Source: Candidatus Bipolaricaulota bacterium | GTDB taxonomy: Bacteria; Bipolaricaulota; Bipolaricaulia; Bipolaricaulales; Bipolaricaulaceae | DNA length: 63,853 nt | Assembly: GCA_026418075.1 (NCBI GenBank) | Contig: JAOACA010000002.1 | Location: 1-63,853, forward strand | Direction of reading: 5' to 3' | In this document: positions 29,338 through 40,297 of the stretch, piece after piece | Layout: the number at the start of each line of letters is the position of its first letter | Position numbering within the stretch: the first letter of the stretch is position 1 | Translations under genes and position numbers: made by a program | Notes under the pieces: model-generated | The model's database searches: none | The model's input: the letters and a program-made list of their open reading frames with translations, nothing else | What the model was told of the DNA's origin: nothing

Positions 29338-30327
29338 ATGACGACCATGACGGATGAAATCCTGCTTTCCGTGCGTGGACTTCATACCTGGTACGAGCTC
29401 AAGAAGTGGGGGTTTTTCCACGCCGGCTACGTCCGGGCGGTGGACGGCGTCAGTTTCGACCTCCGGCGGGGAGAGGCGCTGACCGTCGTGGGCGAAAGCG
29501 GATCGGGAAAGACCTCGCTCCTGAAAACGATCCTGGGCCTGGCCCCTATCACCAAGGGGCAGATCATCTTTGCGGGCCAACAGCTCGACGGGCGTGGGAA
29601 AAGCCTAGCCTGGCTCCGGTCCCAAGTGGGGTTTGTCCAGCAAGACCCCTACGGAGCCCTCCCGCCGTTCATGAATGTGCGAAAGATCCTTCTCGAGCCC
29701 ATGCTCATCAACAAGTTTGGCACCCCGGCCGAGCGGGAGCAGCGCATCCGGGAGGTCTTGGAAGAGGTGCGCTTGGTCCCGGTCTCCGATTTCCTCACAA
29801 AGTTCCCGCACATGCTCTCGGGCGGCCAGCAACAGCGGCTGGTGATTGCCCGGGCGCTCGTTCTTCGCCCCTCCCTCATCGTCGCCGACGAGCCGGTGTC
29901 CATGCTTGACGCTTCGGTCCGGGTGGAGATCCTTGAGCTCATGCGGCGGATCCAGAAGGCCCACCAGCTGGGCGTAATCTACATCACCCACGACCTCTCC
30001 ACAGTCCGGTACTTCTCGGAACGGGTGTTCATCATGTACGCCGCCAAGGTGGTGGAAAAAGCCGACGTCCGGGAAATCATCCACAACACCCTCCATCCCT
30101 ACACCAAGGCCCTTCTCGCCGCAATCCCCGACCCCGACCCCGAGAACGCAAATCGATACCGGGATGTTCCTCCTGGCGAACCTCCGAGCTTGGTCAAGCC
30201 CCCAAGCGGATGTCGATTCCACCCGCGGTGCCCGGTGCGGATCGAGGGCCTGTGCGAAAAGGAAGAGCCCCCGGCGTTTGAGCCGTTTCGGGATCACCAG
30301 GTGGAGTGCTGGCTCTACCGCACGTGA
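29338..30327 (+). CDS. Oligopeptide ABC ATPase (OppF-like)
   Basis: GESGSGKT, LSGGQQQR, DEPVSMLDAS, HPYT, GCRFHPRC. Confidence 0.94.
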   Translation: MTTMTDEILLSVRGLHTWYELKKWGFFHAGYVRAVDGVSFDLRRGEALTVVGESGSGKTSLLKTILGLAPITKGQIIFAGQQLDGRGKSLAWLRSQVGFVQQDPYGALPPFMNVRKILLEPMLINKFGTPAEREQRIREVLEEVRLVPVSDFLTKFPHMLSGGQQQRLVIARALVLRPSLIVADEPVSMLDASVRVEILELMRRIQKAHQLGVIYITHDLSTVRYFSERVFIMYAAKVVEKADVREIIHNTLHPYTKALLAAIPDPDPENANRYRDVPPGEPPSLVKPPSGCRFHPRCPVRIEGLCEKEEPPAFEPFRDHQVECWLYRT

Positions 30328-30539
30328 ACCGGCATCCGCTGGTCCTGATCCTGATTGGCGTCCTCCTCATGATCCTCGCCGTGGCCATGGCTTTCCTGAT
30401 GGTGCTTGGGCTGATCCCTTCCACCCTCGCTCTGGGGTTTCTGACCTTCTCGGTTTCCGTGCTGGGGTTCGGGGTGGGGTTGGTGGGGGCCTCCCAGTAC
30501 GTTACCCGCGCCGGCCAGGACCGAAGCGATGAGCGGTGA
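30324..30539 (+). CDS. Small two-TM membrane protein at the end of the opp operon
   Basis: GTG overlaps the oppF stop (GTGA); two hydrophobic helices. Confidence 0.65.
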   Translation: MNRHPLVLILIGVLLMILAVAMAFLMVLGLIPSTLALGFLTFSVSVLGFGVGLVGASQYVTRAGQDRSDER

Positions 30540-31017
30540 CGGTCCCGGGGGAGTTCTCCCGGCTTTTCGCGGAAAGCTTGTTTCGGTCCTCAGCCGAAAC
30601 ACTCCCCAGGGAAACCGGGAGGTCGTGCTCCACCCCGGGGCGGTGGCCCTGGTGATCCCCGACCGGGAGGGGCGGCTCCTCCTCGTCCGGCAGCACCGGG
30701 AGGGCGCGGGCCGGGCGCTGTGGGAGATCCCCGCGGGGACCCTGGAGCCCGGGGAGAGGCCGTACGCCGCCGCCTTGCGGGAACTCCGCGAGGAGACGGG
30801 GCTTTCCGGGAAGCTTCGGTACCTCGGGGTCCTCTACCCTACCCCCGGCTACTCCACCGAGCGGACCTACTTCTTCCGGGTCGACGAGGTTCGGGGACGC
30901 CCCGAGGCCCAGTCCGAGGTGGACGCGGTCCGGTTCTTCAACCCCGCGGAGATCCTCGACCTCGCCCGCAGGGGCCTCGGGGACGGGAAAACCCTCGCCG
31001 CCCTGGCCTGGCTGTAG
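30529..31017 (+). CDS. NUDIX hydrolase (ADP-ribose pyrophosphatase-like)
   Basis: HPGAV, EIPAGTLEPGE...AALRELREETG Nudix box, PTPGY, DGKT. Confidence 0.9.
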   Translation: MSGDGPGGVLPAFRGKLVSVLSRNTPQGNREVVLHPGAVALVIPDREGRLLLVRQHREGAGRALWEIPAGTLEPGERPYAAALRELREETGLSGKLRYLGVLYPTPGYSTERTYFFRVDEVRGRPEAQSEVDAVRFFNPAEILDLARRGLGDGKTLAALAWL

Positions 31018-31018
31018 G

Positions 31019-32692
31019 CTAGGTCCCCAGCCGGGGGATGCGGACCCCCCGCTCCCGGGCCACGCGGACCGCCTTCTCGTAGCCGGCATCGGCGTGACGG
31101 GCGACCCCGAGCCCCGGGTCCACCGTCAGGACGCGCTCGAGCCGCCTCGCCGCCGCCGCGGTTCCATCGGCCACGATCACCATCCCGGCGTGGATGCTTT
31201 TGCCGATTCCGACCCCACCCCCATGGTGGACGCTCACCCACGTCGCCCCGCACACCGCGTTGAGGAGCGCGTTCAGGATCGGCCAGTCCGCGATGGGGTC
31301 CGACCCGTCCCTCATCCCCTCGGTCTCCCGGTACGGGGAGGCCACCGAGCCGGAGTCGAGGTGGTCCCGGCCGATGACGATCGGGGCCCCGACCTCGCCC
31401 CGGCGCACGAGCTCGTTGAACGCGAGCCCCGCCTCGGCCCGCTCCCCGTACCCCAGCCAGCAGATCCGGGCCGGAAGCCCCTGGAACTTCACCTTGGCCT
31501 CGGCCCGCTCGATCCACCGCCGGAGGGATGCGTCCTTCGGGAAAAGCTCGAGGATCGCCCGGTCCGTCCGGAGGATGTCCTGGGGGTCCCCGGAGAGGGC
31601 AACCCACCGGAACGGGCCCTTCCCCTCGCAGAACATCGGGCGGATGTAGGCCTGGACGAACCCGGGGAACGAGAACGCGACCTCGTGGGGGAGCCCCCCC
31701 TTCTCCGCTTGGGCCCGGAGGGCGTTCCCGTAATCGAAGACCACGGCCCCAGCTTCCTTCATCTCCGCCATCGCCCGGACGTGGCGGACCATCGAGGCGT
31801 AGGAGAGCGCGATGTACCGCGCGGGGTCCCGCTCCCGGAGGGCGAGGGCCTCGGCGTAGGTCATCCCCCCGGGGACGTAGCCCGAGAGCTCGTCGTGGGC
31901 CGCGGTCTGGTCGGTCACCACGTCGGGGATCACCCCCCGGCGGAGGAGCTCAGGGTAGACGTCGGCGGCGTTCCCCAGCACCGCGACCGAAATCGGCTCC
32001 CCCCGCCGCTTGTGATCGAGAGCAATCCGCAGGGCCTCGTCCAAGGAATCGGTCCAGGTATCAAGCTGCGCGAGGGCCAGGCGCCGTTGGATCTTCTCGG
32101 GGTTGATCTCGGCGATCAGGCCGACCCCGTCGTTCATCGTGATCGCCAGGGGCTGGGCGCCGCCCATCTCCCCGAGTCCCGCGGTGAGGACGAGCCGGCC
32201 CCGGAGTGTCCCCCCGAAGTGCTGGCGGGCGGCCTCGGCAAGGGTCTCGTAGGTCCCCTGGAGGATCCCCTGGGTCCCGATGTAGATCCAGGATCCAGCC
32301 GTCATCTGGCCGTACATCGTGAGGCCCAGGCGCTCGAGCTCCCGGAACTTCTCCCAGGTTGCCCACTCCGGGACGAGCATCGCGTTGGAGATGACGACCC
32401 GCGGCGCATCCTCGTGGGTCTTAAACACCGCCACCGCCCGGCCGGACTGGACGACGAGGGTTTCGTCGGAGGCAAGCTCGCGGAGGGAGCGGACGATGAG
32501 GTCGAAGTCGTCCCAGGAGCGGGCAGCCTTGCCGGTTCCGCCGTAGACGATGAGGTGGGCGGGGTCCCCGGCGACCTCGGGGTCGAGGTTGTTCATGAGC
32601 ATCCGCAGGGCGGCCTCCTGGAGCCAGCCCCGGCACGAGATCTCTGTCCCCCGCGGGGCCCGCACCGTCCGCGCACCGGTCGCCTGGGTCAT
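31019..32692 (-). CDS. hutU: Urocanate hydratase
   Basis: [61 protein letters not shown]. Confidence 0.97.
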   Translation of the reverse strand: MTQATGARTVRAPRGTEISCRGWLQEAALRMLMNNLDPEVAGDPAHLIVYGGTGKAARSWDDFDLIVRSLRELASDETLVVQSGRAVAVFKTHEDAPRVVISNAMLVPEWATWEKFRELERLGLTMYGQMTAGSWIYIGTQGILQGTYETLAEAARQHFGGTLRGRLVLTAGLGEMGGAQPLAITMNDGVGLIAEINPEKIQRRLALAQLDTWTDSLDEALRIALDHKRRGEPISVAVLGNAADVYPELLRRGVIPDVVTDQTAAHDELSGYVPGGMTYAEALALRERDPARYIALSYASMVRHVRAMAEMKEAGAVVFDYGNALRAQAEKGGLPHEVAFSFPGFVQAYIRPMFCEGKGPFRWVALSGDPQDILRTDRAILELFPKDASLRRWIERAEAKVKFQGLPARICWLGYGERAEAGLAFNELVRRGEVGAPIVIGRDHLDSGSVASPYRETEGMRDGSDPIADWPILNALLNAVCGATWVSVHHGGGVGIGKSIHAGMVIVADGTAAAARRLERVLTVDPGLGVARHADAGYEKAVRVARERGVRIPRLGT

Positions 32693-32796
32693 GGCCCTCC
32701 GATGGTAGGGCGAAGGGCCGCCTCCGTAAAGGCGCCCGATCGGGTCGCGGCACTGCCCGTGGAGTAGAATGCCACTCGTCCACTAGGAGGTGGCCG

Positions 32797-33291
32797 ATGA
32801 AACGAACGGTGCTGTGCGCCCTGGCCTTGGTCCTGGGGCTCTCCCTCGTCCCCGCGTGGGGGGCGGAGGGGACGCAGAAGCTCGGGGTGGGGGGGAGCTT
32901 CAACCTCGCCCTGGGGACGCCGATCCTCGACGTGTTCTACGAGACCCCGATGGGGACGAACTCCGCCACGCGGTTCACCCTTGGGCTGTGGGCGTTTGCC
33001 CAGGGGGCGCTGGCGTTTTCGCTGGACGCCTCGTTTCTCCTTCAGCCGCAGGTGGAGGGGTTCAGGCCCTACTTCGGGGGCGGGGTGGGGGGGATCGCGG
33101 TGGCTGCCGGGGGGATCGGCGGCGTGGCCCAGATCAACCTCACCGTGAACGGGGTGGGCGGGACGTACTTCGCCCTCTCGGAGGCGTTCGGCCTCTACGC
33201 CCAGGTCCGGCTGATCGGGGTCGTGAACCTGGTCAACTTCCAGATCACCGCCCTCCTCATGCCGGGGGCGGGCCTGTACGTGACGTTCTAA
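32797..33291 (+). CDS. Small outer-membrane beta-barrel protein
   Basis: AGGAGGT SD; signal peptide; alternating beta strands; PYFGGG; C-terminal GLYVTF beta-signal. Confidence 0.8.
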   Translation: MKRTVLCALALVLGLSLVPAWGAEGTQKLGVGGSFNLALGTPILDVFYETPMGTNSATRFTLGLWAFAQGALAFSLDASFLLQPQVEGFRPYFGGGVGGIAVAAGGIGGVAQINLTVNGVGGTYFALSEAFGLYAQVRLIGVVNLVNFQITALLMPGAGLYVTF

Positions 33292-33312
33292 GAGCACGGA
33301 AAGAAGCGAGCG

Positions 33313-33350
33313 CGCGGCGTCCCCTCGGGAGGGGCGCCGCGTCCTTTTCT
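33313..33350 (+). terminator. Intrinsic terminator
   Basis: CGCGGCGTCCCCT/AGGGGCGCCGCG stem followed by TCCTTTTCT. Confidence 0.7.
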
Positions 33351-33394
33351 CCCGTCCCCTCCCCGCTACCCTGGGAGTGGTGGGGAACCCAGGG

Positions 33395-35095
33395 ATGAAG
33401 GCGCTGATCCCGATCCTGATCGCCGGGCTCCTCCTCGGCCTGGCGGCCCTCCTTCCCCAGCCCCGGCCCCCCGGGGAGGTGGGGGATTACGCCCTCCTCC
33501 TCGAGCTCCGGGAGAGGCTCCCCGCCTCCCTCCGGGAACTCGAGCGGCTGGCGGGACGGGAGGACGGGGTGGGTTGGCAGGCCCGGGTGGCCCTCGGGCG
33601 GTGGCACCTCCGCTCCGGGGACCCTGGGGCCGCGGTCGCCCTCCTCCGCTCCGCCCTCGCCCTCTACGCCACGGCCGAGGTGCGGGCCGACCTCGCCCGG
33701 GCCCTCGAGGCCACGGGGCGACGGGCCGAGGCCCTCGCAGAGTGGAAAAAGCTCCTTCCCATAAGCTCGGCAGTCGAAGGGGTGATCCGCCTTGAGGGGA
33801 ACCCGGTCCGGGCCGCGGCGGCCCTTCGGGAGGGCGGGGCCCCGAAGGAGGCCCTCGCCCGCCTGGGGAGCCTCGGGGGAGCGGAAGCCGCCCTGGAGCG
33901 GGCCCGGGCCCTCGTCGCCCTCGGCCGGGCCGCCGACGCCGTCCCGGAGCTCGAGCGCTACCTCGCCGCGTTCCCCGCCGAGGCGTCCGTGTGGATCGAG
34001 TACGGCCGGGCCCTGGAGCGGGCCGGGGACCTGGAGAAGGCCCTCGCCGCCTACCGGAAGGCCGGGACCGCGGGGGCCTACCCGGCCGGGCTCCTCCTCG
34101 AGTCCCTCGGCCGGGACGACGAGGCCTTGGCCGCGTACCGCCGGTCGGCGGAAGCCGAGGCGAAGTGGCGGGCGGCGCGGCTCCTCGAAGCCCGCGGGCA
34201 AACCTCCGACGCCCTGGCCCTGTACAGGGAGCTTGCCCAGGGGACGCACCGCGTCCGGGACGACGCCGCCCTCCGCCTCTTCCTCCTCCACTCCCGGCGC
34301 GGGGATGAGGCCAGCGCCGCGGAGGCGGCCCGCCAGCTTTCCCCCGCCCTGGCCTGGCTCGCCGGCCGGCCCTGGGACTCTCCCAAGCTCGGCTCGGACC
34401 CCGCTCCCGCGACCCCTCCCGCGGTCTCCCTCGCCTCCGCCCTCCGGGAGGCGGTTCCGGGTGAGGGGCGGGCGTGGGCGGAGGTGGAGCTCGGGATCGC
34501 CTTGGCCCGGGCTTCGCCCGTGGAGAAGCTCGCCATCGGGGAGTGGTACGCCGCCCAGGGCGACTGGCGGAGCGCGTTCCGGATCGGGGGGACCCTCCTC
34601 GCGTCCCTCCCCTGCCCCCGGGCGTACCGGCTCGCCTACCCCCTCGCGTGGTGGGACACCGTCCTCCGCTGGGCGGGGGCCTACGGGGTGGACCCGTACC
34701 TCGTCCTCGCCGTAATCCGCGAGGAGAGCGGGTTCTCCCCCACCGCCGTCTCCTCCTCCGACGCCCGGGGCCCGATGCAGCTCCTCCCCTCCACCGCCCG
34801 CTGGATCGCCGAGGAGAAGCTCAAGATCCCGTACCGGGAGGGCGACCTCTTCAACCCCGACCACAACATCCGCCTCGGGACGTGGTACCTCCGGCACCTC
34901 CTCGACCAGTTCGGAGGCGACCTCGCCTGGGCCGTCGCCGCCTACAACGGGGGACCGGGAAACCTCCGCCGGTGGACCGGAGGAGCCGTGTCCCGGGAGG
35001 ACCTCCCCGCCCACCTCCGCTCCCCCGAGACCCGGGAGTACCTGGGGAAGGTCCTCGGCTCCTGGCTCGTCTACCGCTGGCTCTACGGGGGCTAG
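33395..35095 (+). CDS. Soluble lytic transglycosylase (Slt-like) with TPR repeats
   Basis: TPR-like N-terminal region; [39 protein letters not shown]. Confidence 0.9.
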   Translation: MKALIPILIAGLLLGLAALLPQPRPPGEVGDYALLLELRERLPASLRELERLAGREDGVGWQARVALGRWHLRSGDPGAAVALLRSALALYATAEVRADLARALEATGRRAEALAEWKKLLPISSAVEGVIRLEGNPVRAAAALREGGAPKEALARLGSLGGAEAALERARALVALGRAADAVPELERYLAAFPAEASVWIEYGRALERAGDLEKALAAYRKAGTAGAYPAGLLLESLGRDDEALAAYRRSAEAEAKWRAARLLEARGQTSDALALYRELAQGTHRVRDDAALRLFLLHSRRGDEASAAEAARQLSPALAWLAGRPWDSPKLGSDPAPATPPAVSLASALREAVPGEGRAWAEVELGIALARASPVEKLAIGEWYAAQGDWRSAFRIGGTLLASLPCPRAYRLAYPLAWWDTVLRWAGAYGVDPYLVLAVIREESGFSPTAVSSSDARGPMQLLPSTARWIAEEKLKIPYREGDLFNPDHNIRLGTWYLRHLLDQFGGDLAWAVAAYNGGPGNLRRWTGGAVSREDLPAHLRSPETREYLGKVLGSWLVYRWLYGG

Positions 35096-35661
35096 ATCCC
35101 CATCCCGGAGTAGGGGAGCTCCGTCAGGGGCTGATTCCCATTGAGATCGGGCTTGAGGATGACCCAGGGCTTGGGGGCGAGGACGACCGCCCCTGGGGGA
35201 ACATCTTCCCGAACCACGGCCCCGGCCCCGATCCGCGCCCCCGTTCCGATCCGCACCGGACCAAGGACGATCGCCCCCGCGCCAAGAACCACCCCGCTTT
35301 CCACGGTCGGGTGGCGCTTCCCCCCGCGGGCCGCCACGCCCCCGAGGACGACCCCGGAGTAGAGGTGGACGTCGTCCCCGATCTCCGCCGTCTCCCCGAT
35401 CACGACCCCCATCCCGTGGTCGAGCGTGACCCGGCGGCCGAGCTTCGCCCCGGGGTGGATCTCGACCCCGGTCAGGGCCCGGACAAGGTGGGCGAGGAGC
35501 CGGGCGAGGAACCGGATCCTGTGTCGCCACAGCCAGTGGTTCACCCGGTGGGCCCACAGGGCGTGCATCCCCGGGTAGAGGAGAAGGACCTCGAGGGGGC
35601 TCCGCGCCGCAGGGTCCCGGGCCCGCATCGCCCGCACATCCTCAACGATTCGCCGGACCAT
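35092..35661 (-). CDS. cysE: Serine O-acetyltransferase
   Basis: [42 protein letters not shown] hexapeptide region. Confidence 0.93.
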   Translation of the reverse strand: MVRRIVEDVRAMRARDPAARSPLEVLLLYPGMHALWAHRVNHWLWRHRIRFLARLLAHLVRALTGVEIHPGAKLGRRVTLDHGMGVVIGETAEIGDDVHLYSGVVLGGVAARGGKRHPTVESGVVLGAGAIVLGPVRIGTGARIGAGAVVREDVPPGAVVLAPKPWVILKPDLNGNQPLTELPYSGMGI

Positions 35662-36583
35662 TCCCCCCTCCGAACAGGCCCGTGGACAGGTACCGCTCCC
35701 CCGTGTCGGGGAGGACGACGACGATGAGCTCCCTTCGGAACTCGGGTCGCCCGGCCAGGCGCAGGGCCGCGGCGAGGGCCGCACCGGAGGAAATCCCAGC
35801 CAGGATCCCCTCGGTCCGGGCCAGGCGCCGGGTTGTCTCCGCGGCCTCCTCGTCGGTCACAGTCGCGATCTCGTCGATAGCCGACCGGTCGAGGACGGGG
35901 GGGACGAACCCCGCCCCGATCCCCTGGATCCGGTGCCGCCCCGGAGGGCCCCCGGACAGGACGGGGGACGAGGCGGGCTCCACCGCCACCACGTGCACCG
36001 AGGGCTTCCGGCGCTTCAGGGCCCGGCCCACGCCGGTGACCGTCCCCCCAGTCCCCACACCGGCTACGAAGACGCCCACCCGCCCCGCGGTGTCCCGCCA
36101 GATCTCCTCGGCGGTGGTCTCCTCGTGGACCCGCGGGTTGGCGGGGTTTTCGAACTGGCCGGGGACGAACGCCCCGTACCTCTGGGCAAGATCCCACGCG
36201 GCCCGCACCGCCCCCGCCATCCCCTCCTCCCCGGGGGTGAGGACGACCTCCGCCCCGAGGGCCTGGAGGACCGCCCGCCGTTCGAGGCTCATCGTGTCCG
36301 GCATGACGAGGATCAGGCGGTACCCCCGGACGGCGCAGACGAGGGCGAGGCCGATCCCGGTGTTCCCCGATGTGGGCTCCACGACGACGCCCCCGGGTCG
36401 GAGGAGCCCCCGCTCCTCGGCATCGCGGATCATCGCCAGGGCGATCCGGTCCTTCACACTTCCCCCGGGGTTCCTCACCTCGAGCTTCCCCACGAGCTCA
36501 AGCTCCGGGGCGAACCGGGCGAGCCGGACGAGGGGCGTTCCCCCAATGAGGGAAGTGACATCAGGATGGATCGGCATGGCCAC
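35642..36583 (-). CDS. cysK: Cysteine synthase A
   Basis: [54 protein letters not shown]. Confidence 0.96.
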   Translation of the reverse strand: MAMPIHPDVTSLIGGTPLVRLARFAPELELVGKLEVRNPGGSVKDRIALAMIRDAEERGLLRPGGVVVEPTSGNTGIGLALVCAVRGYRLILVMPDTMSLERRAVLQALGAEVVLTPGEEGMAGAVRAAWDLAQRYGAFVPGQFENPANPRVHEETTAEEIWRDTAGRVGVFVAGVGTGGTVTGVGRALKRRKPSVHVVAVEPASSPVLSGGPPGRHRIQGIGAGFVPPVLDRSAIDEIATVTDEEAAETTRRLARTEGILAGISSGAALAAALRLAGRPEFRRELIVVVLPDTGERYLSTGLFGGGNGPANR

Positions 36584-36719
36584 CTCCGGGGGTACCCCGC
36601 AGTGGATCGCCTACAGGATAGGCAAGCTCAGGAGAGGCGGGGGCGGCGACAAAGGCGACCACCCCCGGTTGGCATCGGTCTCCTCATGTCCCACACCCCC
36701 TTGTCGATGAAGATGCCGT

Positions 36720-36748
36720 ACGATAGCGGCCCGCTGCCTCCCCGTCAA
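36720..36748 (-). promoter_or_regulatory. Promoter of cysK-cysE, giving a ~130-nt leader
   Basis: TTGACG-N17-TATCGT. Confidence 0.6.
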
Positions 36749-36791
36749 CCCCCTTGCGCCCCGGAGCTGGTCGCAGGATCATGCCCTGCCT

Positions 36792-37694
36792 ATGGAAGAA
36801 CGGTGGGCCCTGGACCGGCGGCTCCTCCTCGCCGCGGGGATCACGGGCCTTGTCTGCCTGGCCCAGGTCGCGGGGGGATTCCTCACGGGGAGCCTCGCCC
36901 TCCTCTCCGATGCCGCCCACGTGTTCCTGGACTCCTTCGCCCTGGGCCTCGCCTACCTCGCCCGCCGGGCCGCGCGGCGGCCGCCCACAGACCGCCACAC
37001 CTACGGCCTCCACCGGATGGAGGTCCTGGCCGCCCTCGTCAACGGGGGGACCCTTGTTGCCGTGGCCGTCGGGATCGTCCGGGAGGCCGTGGACCGGCTG
37101 CGGGAGCCCTCTCCCGTTCTTGCGGGGCCGATGCTCGCCGTGGCCGCGGGGGGCCTCGCCGTGAACCTCCTCATCGCCCTCGTCCTCCACCGCCACGAAC
37201 GGGAGGACCTCAACGTCCACAGCGCCTTTCTCCACGTGGTGGGGGACGCCCTGAGCTCTCTCGGGGTCCTCGCTGCCGGGGTCGCCATCCTCGTCACGGG
37301 GTGGACCCCTGCCGATCCCATCGTGAGCCTCGGGATCGGGGGGGTGATCCTCGTCGGGGCGGCCCGGGTCCTCCGCCGCTCCCTCCACATCCTGGCCGAG
37401 GGGGCTCCGGAGGGGATTTCCCTTCGGGAGGTTCGGGAGCGGATGGCGCGCGTCGAGGGGGTGGGCGAGGTCCACGACCTCCACGTGTGGGCGGTGAGCC
37501 CCGGCTTTGTGGCCCTCTCGGCCCACGTGGTGATCGCCGACCGGGCACTGAGCGAGGCCGAGGAGGTACTCGAGGCGCTCAAGCGGGAACTTGCCGTGCG
37601 GTTCGGAATCACCCACACCACGATCCAGCTCGAGTGCCGAAGCTGCCAGGGAACCCCGGCGTGCCCCGGCCCAGGCTGCTCCGAGTACCGCTAG
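36792..37694 (+). CDS. Cation diffusion facilitator (CzcD/ZitB-like)
   Basis: SLALLSDAAH, HTYG..R.E, NVHSAFLHVVGD, VHDLHVW, HTTIQLE. Confidence 0.93.
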   Translation: MEERWALDRRLLLAAGITGLVCLAQVAGGFLTGSLALLSDAAHVFLDSFALGLAYLARRAARRPPTDRHTYGLHRMEVLAALVNGGTLVAVAVGIVREAVDRLREPSPVLAGPMLAVAAGGLAVNLLIALVLHRHEREDLNVHSAFLHVVGDALSSLGVLAAGVAILVTGWTPADPIVSLGIGGVILVGAARVLRRSLHILAEGAPEGISLREVRERMARVEGVGEVHDLHVWAVSPGFVALSAHVVIADRALSEAEEVLEALKRELAVRFGITHTTIQLECRSCQGTPACPGPGCSEYR

Positions 37695-37711
37695 AAGGAA
37701 CGGGCCCCTCG

Positions 37712-37915
37712 TTACCGAAGCCGAAGCCAGAAGTAGAGGTGGAGGAGGAGGCCCACGAGGGCGCCGCTGGCCGCGCCGAACGCGGCGTCCTGGAAGAACG
37801 CCCCGGCCGCCGCCCCCACCCCGGCCCCGAGGAGGAGGTCCCGACCCAGCCCCGCCCACCACGGGGCGGGACCCCGCGTCGCTACCCTTGGCCGCCCTCT
37901 CCGCCGGAGAAGCAC
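37712..37915 (-). CDS. Possible small two-TM Gly/Ala-rich membrane protein
   Basis: Hydrophobic hairpin fills the gap after porB; start uncertain (GTG 37915 inside porB). Confidence 0.4.
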   Translation of the reverse strand: MLLRRRGRPRVATRGPAPWWAGLGRDLLLGAGVGAAAGAFFQDAAFGAASGALVGLLLHLYFWLRLR

Positions 37916-38841
37916 GTCTCCTTCCGCAGGAGGTACTCCCAGTGGCGGTCCACCGCGGCCTGGAACTCGGCGATCCGCTCCTGACCTTTGGGGTCGCGGA
38001 ACAGGTGCCGGAACCGCCCCTGGGTTTTCAGCCACTCCTCCACCGGAACCCGCTCTTTGGGCTTGTAGTTGATCTTGTACTTCCCCTCCACGACCTCATA
38101 GAGGGGCCAGTACCGGGTCTCGACGGCAAGCTTGGACTGAACAAGGGCGCTGTCCCGGGGGGTCCGCCAGCCCAAGGGGCAGGTGGTGAGGACGTTCAGG
38201 AACTTCGGGCCCTCGTGCTTCATCGCCCGCTCGACCTTGTTCGCGAGGTCGATGAGGTGGGACACCGCGGCCTGGGCCACGTAGGGGACGTGGTGGGCGG
38301 CCACGATCTCGGTGAGGTCTTTGCGGTCCTGGGGTTTCCCGGGAATCGCGTCCCCCACCGGGGCGGTGGTGGCCGCAGCGCAGGCCGGAGTGGCGCTTGA
38401 GCGCTGGACCCCGGTGTTCATGTACGCCTCGTTGTTCAGGCACACGTAGAGGAAGTCGTGCCCCCGCTCGAGGGCCCCTGAAAGGGCCTGGAGGCCGATG
38501 TCGTAGGTCCCCCCGTCGCCCGCGAACACGACGAACCGGATCCGGCGGCGGATCGCCCCCGTCCTCCGCAGGGCCTTGTACGCCGCCTCCACCCCCGAGA
38601 TCACCGCCCCGGCGTTCTCGAACGCCACATGGATCCAGGGGACGTTCCAGGCGGTTCCCGGGAAGCGGCTCGAGGCGACCTCGAGGCACCCGGTGGGGCT
38701 CGCCACGACCACGGGGTCCGCGATCGCGTTGAGCACGGTGCGGACGACCATCGGCTCGGCGCACCCCGCGCACAGGGTGTGGCCAGGGGTGAACCGAACC
38801 TCCTTCTCCTCGCGCTGCGCAAGCGTCTTGATCGAAGGCAT
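37882..38841 (-). CDS. porB: Pyruvate:ferredoxin oxidoreductase beta subunit
   Basis: GHTLCAGC, TGCLEV, FENA, GDGGTYDIG, NEAYMNTGVQRS, CPLGW. Confidence 0.92.
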   Translation of the reverse strand: MPSIKTLAQREEKEVRFTPGHTLCAGCAEPMVVRTVLNAIADPVVVASPTGCLEVASSRFPGTAWNVPWIHVAFENAGAVISGVEAAYKALRRTGAIRRRIRFVVFAGDGGTYDIGLQALSGALERGHDFLYVCLNNEAYMNTGVQRSSATPACAAATTAPVGDAIPGKPQDRKDLTEIVAAHHVPYVAQAAVSHLIDLANKVERAMKHEGPKFLNVLTTCPLGWRTPRDSALVQSKLAVETRYWPLYEVVEGKYKINYKPKERVPVEEWLKTQGRFRHLFRDPKGQERIAEFQAAVDRHWEYLLRKETCFSGGEGGQG

Positions 38842-38843
38842 CG

Positions 38844-40007
38844 CTACTCCCGGAGGCCGATGTACCGGAGGGCCTCGTCCGGACGAACCTTGGGTAGCTC
38901 AACAAGGACGTTCTGGAGCTGCTCCACCGTGATGTCCCGCCCGCCCAGGCCGTAGATGTAGTTCACGAGGGCCGGCCGGTCCTTGCGGCGGTAGAGGGCG
39001 GCCGCGACGTCGGAGTAGAGGGCCCCCATCGCGCCAAACGAGATCGCCCGGTCGAGGACCGCCACGTGCCGAAGGTGCCCCAGGGCCTCGGCCACCGCCC
39101 CGTAGGGAAACGGGCGGAACAGCCACACCTTGAGGAGCCCGACCTTCTCCCCCTTCTCCCGCAGGGCGTCCACGGCCACCTTCGCCGTCCCGGCGGTGGA
39201 CCCGAGGACCACGAGCGCCCGATCGGCGTCCTCCAGGCGGTAGGCGTCCACAAACCCGGCGTAGGGCCGGCCCGCGAGTCGGACGAATTCCTTCTGGACC
39301 GCGAGGAAGGCCGCGGGTACTTCCTCGATCGCCGCCTGCTGGGCCCGCTTGAGCTCGAAGTAGTAGTCGGGCATCGCGAACGCCCCCCACGTCACGGGCT
39401 TCTCGACATCGAGAAGCGGGTACACGGCCTGGAACGGCCCGACGAACTCCTTGGCCACCGCGTCCTCAAGGGGTTCCACCACCTGGGCGGTGTGGGTGAG
39501 GGCGAACCCGTCGAGGTTCACGATCCCCGGGAGCCGAACCCTCTCGTGCTCGGCGATCCGTTGGGCAATCAGGGTGTAGTCGTACGCCTCTTGGGCCGAC
39601 TCGCAGAAGATCTGGAACGCGCCGGAGTCCCGGGCGAGGTAGGCGTCGGAGTGGTCGCAGTGGATGTTGATCGGCGCGGACAGGGCCCGGTTGGCCAGGG
39701 CCATCACGATCGGGAGCCGCATCCCCGCGGCGATGTAGAGGACCTCCACGAGGAGGGCCAGGCCCTGGGACGAGGTCGCCGTCATCACCCGGGCCCCGGC
39801 CGCCGCCGCCCCCACGCACGCCGAAAGGGCGGAGTGCTCGCTCTCCACGGGCACAAGCTCGGTGTGGACGATCCCATCGTGGACGTACTCCGCGTAGTAC
39901 TCGGCGATCTCGGACTGGGGGGTGATCGGGTACACCGCCACCACGTCCGGCTCGATCTGCCGCATCGCCTCGGCCACCGCCTTGTGGCCGGTCATCACCT
40001 TGCGCAT
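38844..40007 (-). CDS. porA: Pyruvate:ferredoxin oxidoreductase alpha subunit
   Basis: YPITPQ, VESEHSA, TATSSQGL, NRALSAPINIH.DHSD, GLGGRD. Confidence 0.92.
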   Translation of the reverse strand: MRKVMTGHKAVAEAMRQIEPDVVAVYPITPQSEIAEYYAEYVHDGIVHTELVPVESEHSALSACVGAAAAGARVMTATSSQGLALLVEVLYIAAGMRLPIVMALANRALSAPINIHCDHSDAYLARDSGAFQIFCESAQEAYDYTLIAQRIAEHERVRLPGIVNLDGFALTHTAQVVEPLEDAVAKEFVGPFQAVYPLLDVEKPVTWGAFAMPDYYFELKRAQQAAIEEVPAAFLAVQKEFVRLAGRPYAGFVDAYRLEDADRALVVLGSTAGTAKVAVDALREKGEKVGLLKVWLFRPFPYGAVAEALGHLRHVAVLDRAISFGAMGALYSDVAAALYRRKDRPALVNYIYGLGGRDITVEQLQNVLVELPKVRPDEALRYIGLRE

Positions 40008-40297
40008 GTCCCCTCCCGTTCCGGAACCATGTCGATCGCGTCCTTGGGGCAGATCGCCGCGCACACCCCGCACCCCTTGCAGTGGTCGTAGTCGATCCCA
40101 GCCACCTTCTGGCCCTGGATCACGATCGAGGCGTCGGGGCAGTGGAGCCAGCACTGGAGGCACTGGATGCACTTCTCCTCGTGCCAGATCGGCCGCTCGG
40201 CCCGCCAGCTCCCGGTCTTGTTGAGCTCCCGGGCCGCGCCCCCGGGAACCACGCCCCCGAGAGGAAGTTCCTTCCACGTCTTGAGCTTAGCGGGCAC
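39995..40297 (-). CDS. porD: Pyruvate:ferredoxin oxidoreductase delta (ferredoxin) subunit
   Basis: KTGSWRAERP, CIQCLQCWLHCPD, DYDHCKGCGVCAAICP. Confidence 0.92.
   Translation of the reverse strand: MPAKLKTWKELPLGGVVPGGAARELNKTGSWRAERPIWHEEKCIQCLQCWLHCPDASIVIQGQKVAGIDYDHCKGCGVCAAICPKDAIDMVPEREGTCAR

Noticed and set aside
36640-36715. T-box or SAM-I riboswitch in the cysK leader
   Set aside because: GGGGGTGGTCGCC only loosely resembles a T-box, there is no room for stem I, and SAM-I core motifs are incomplete
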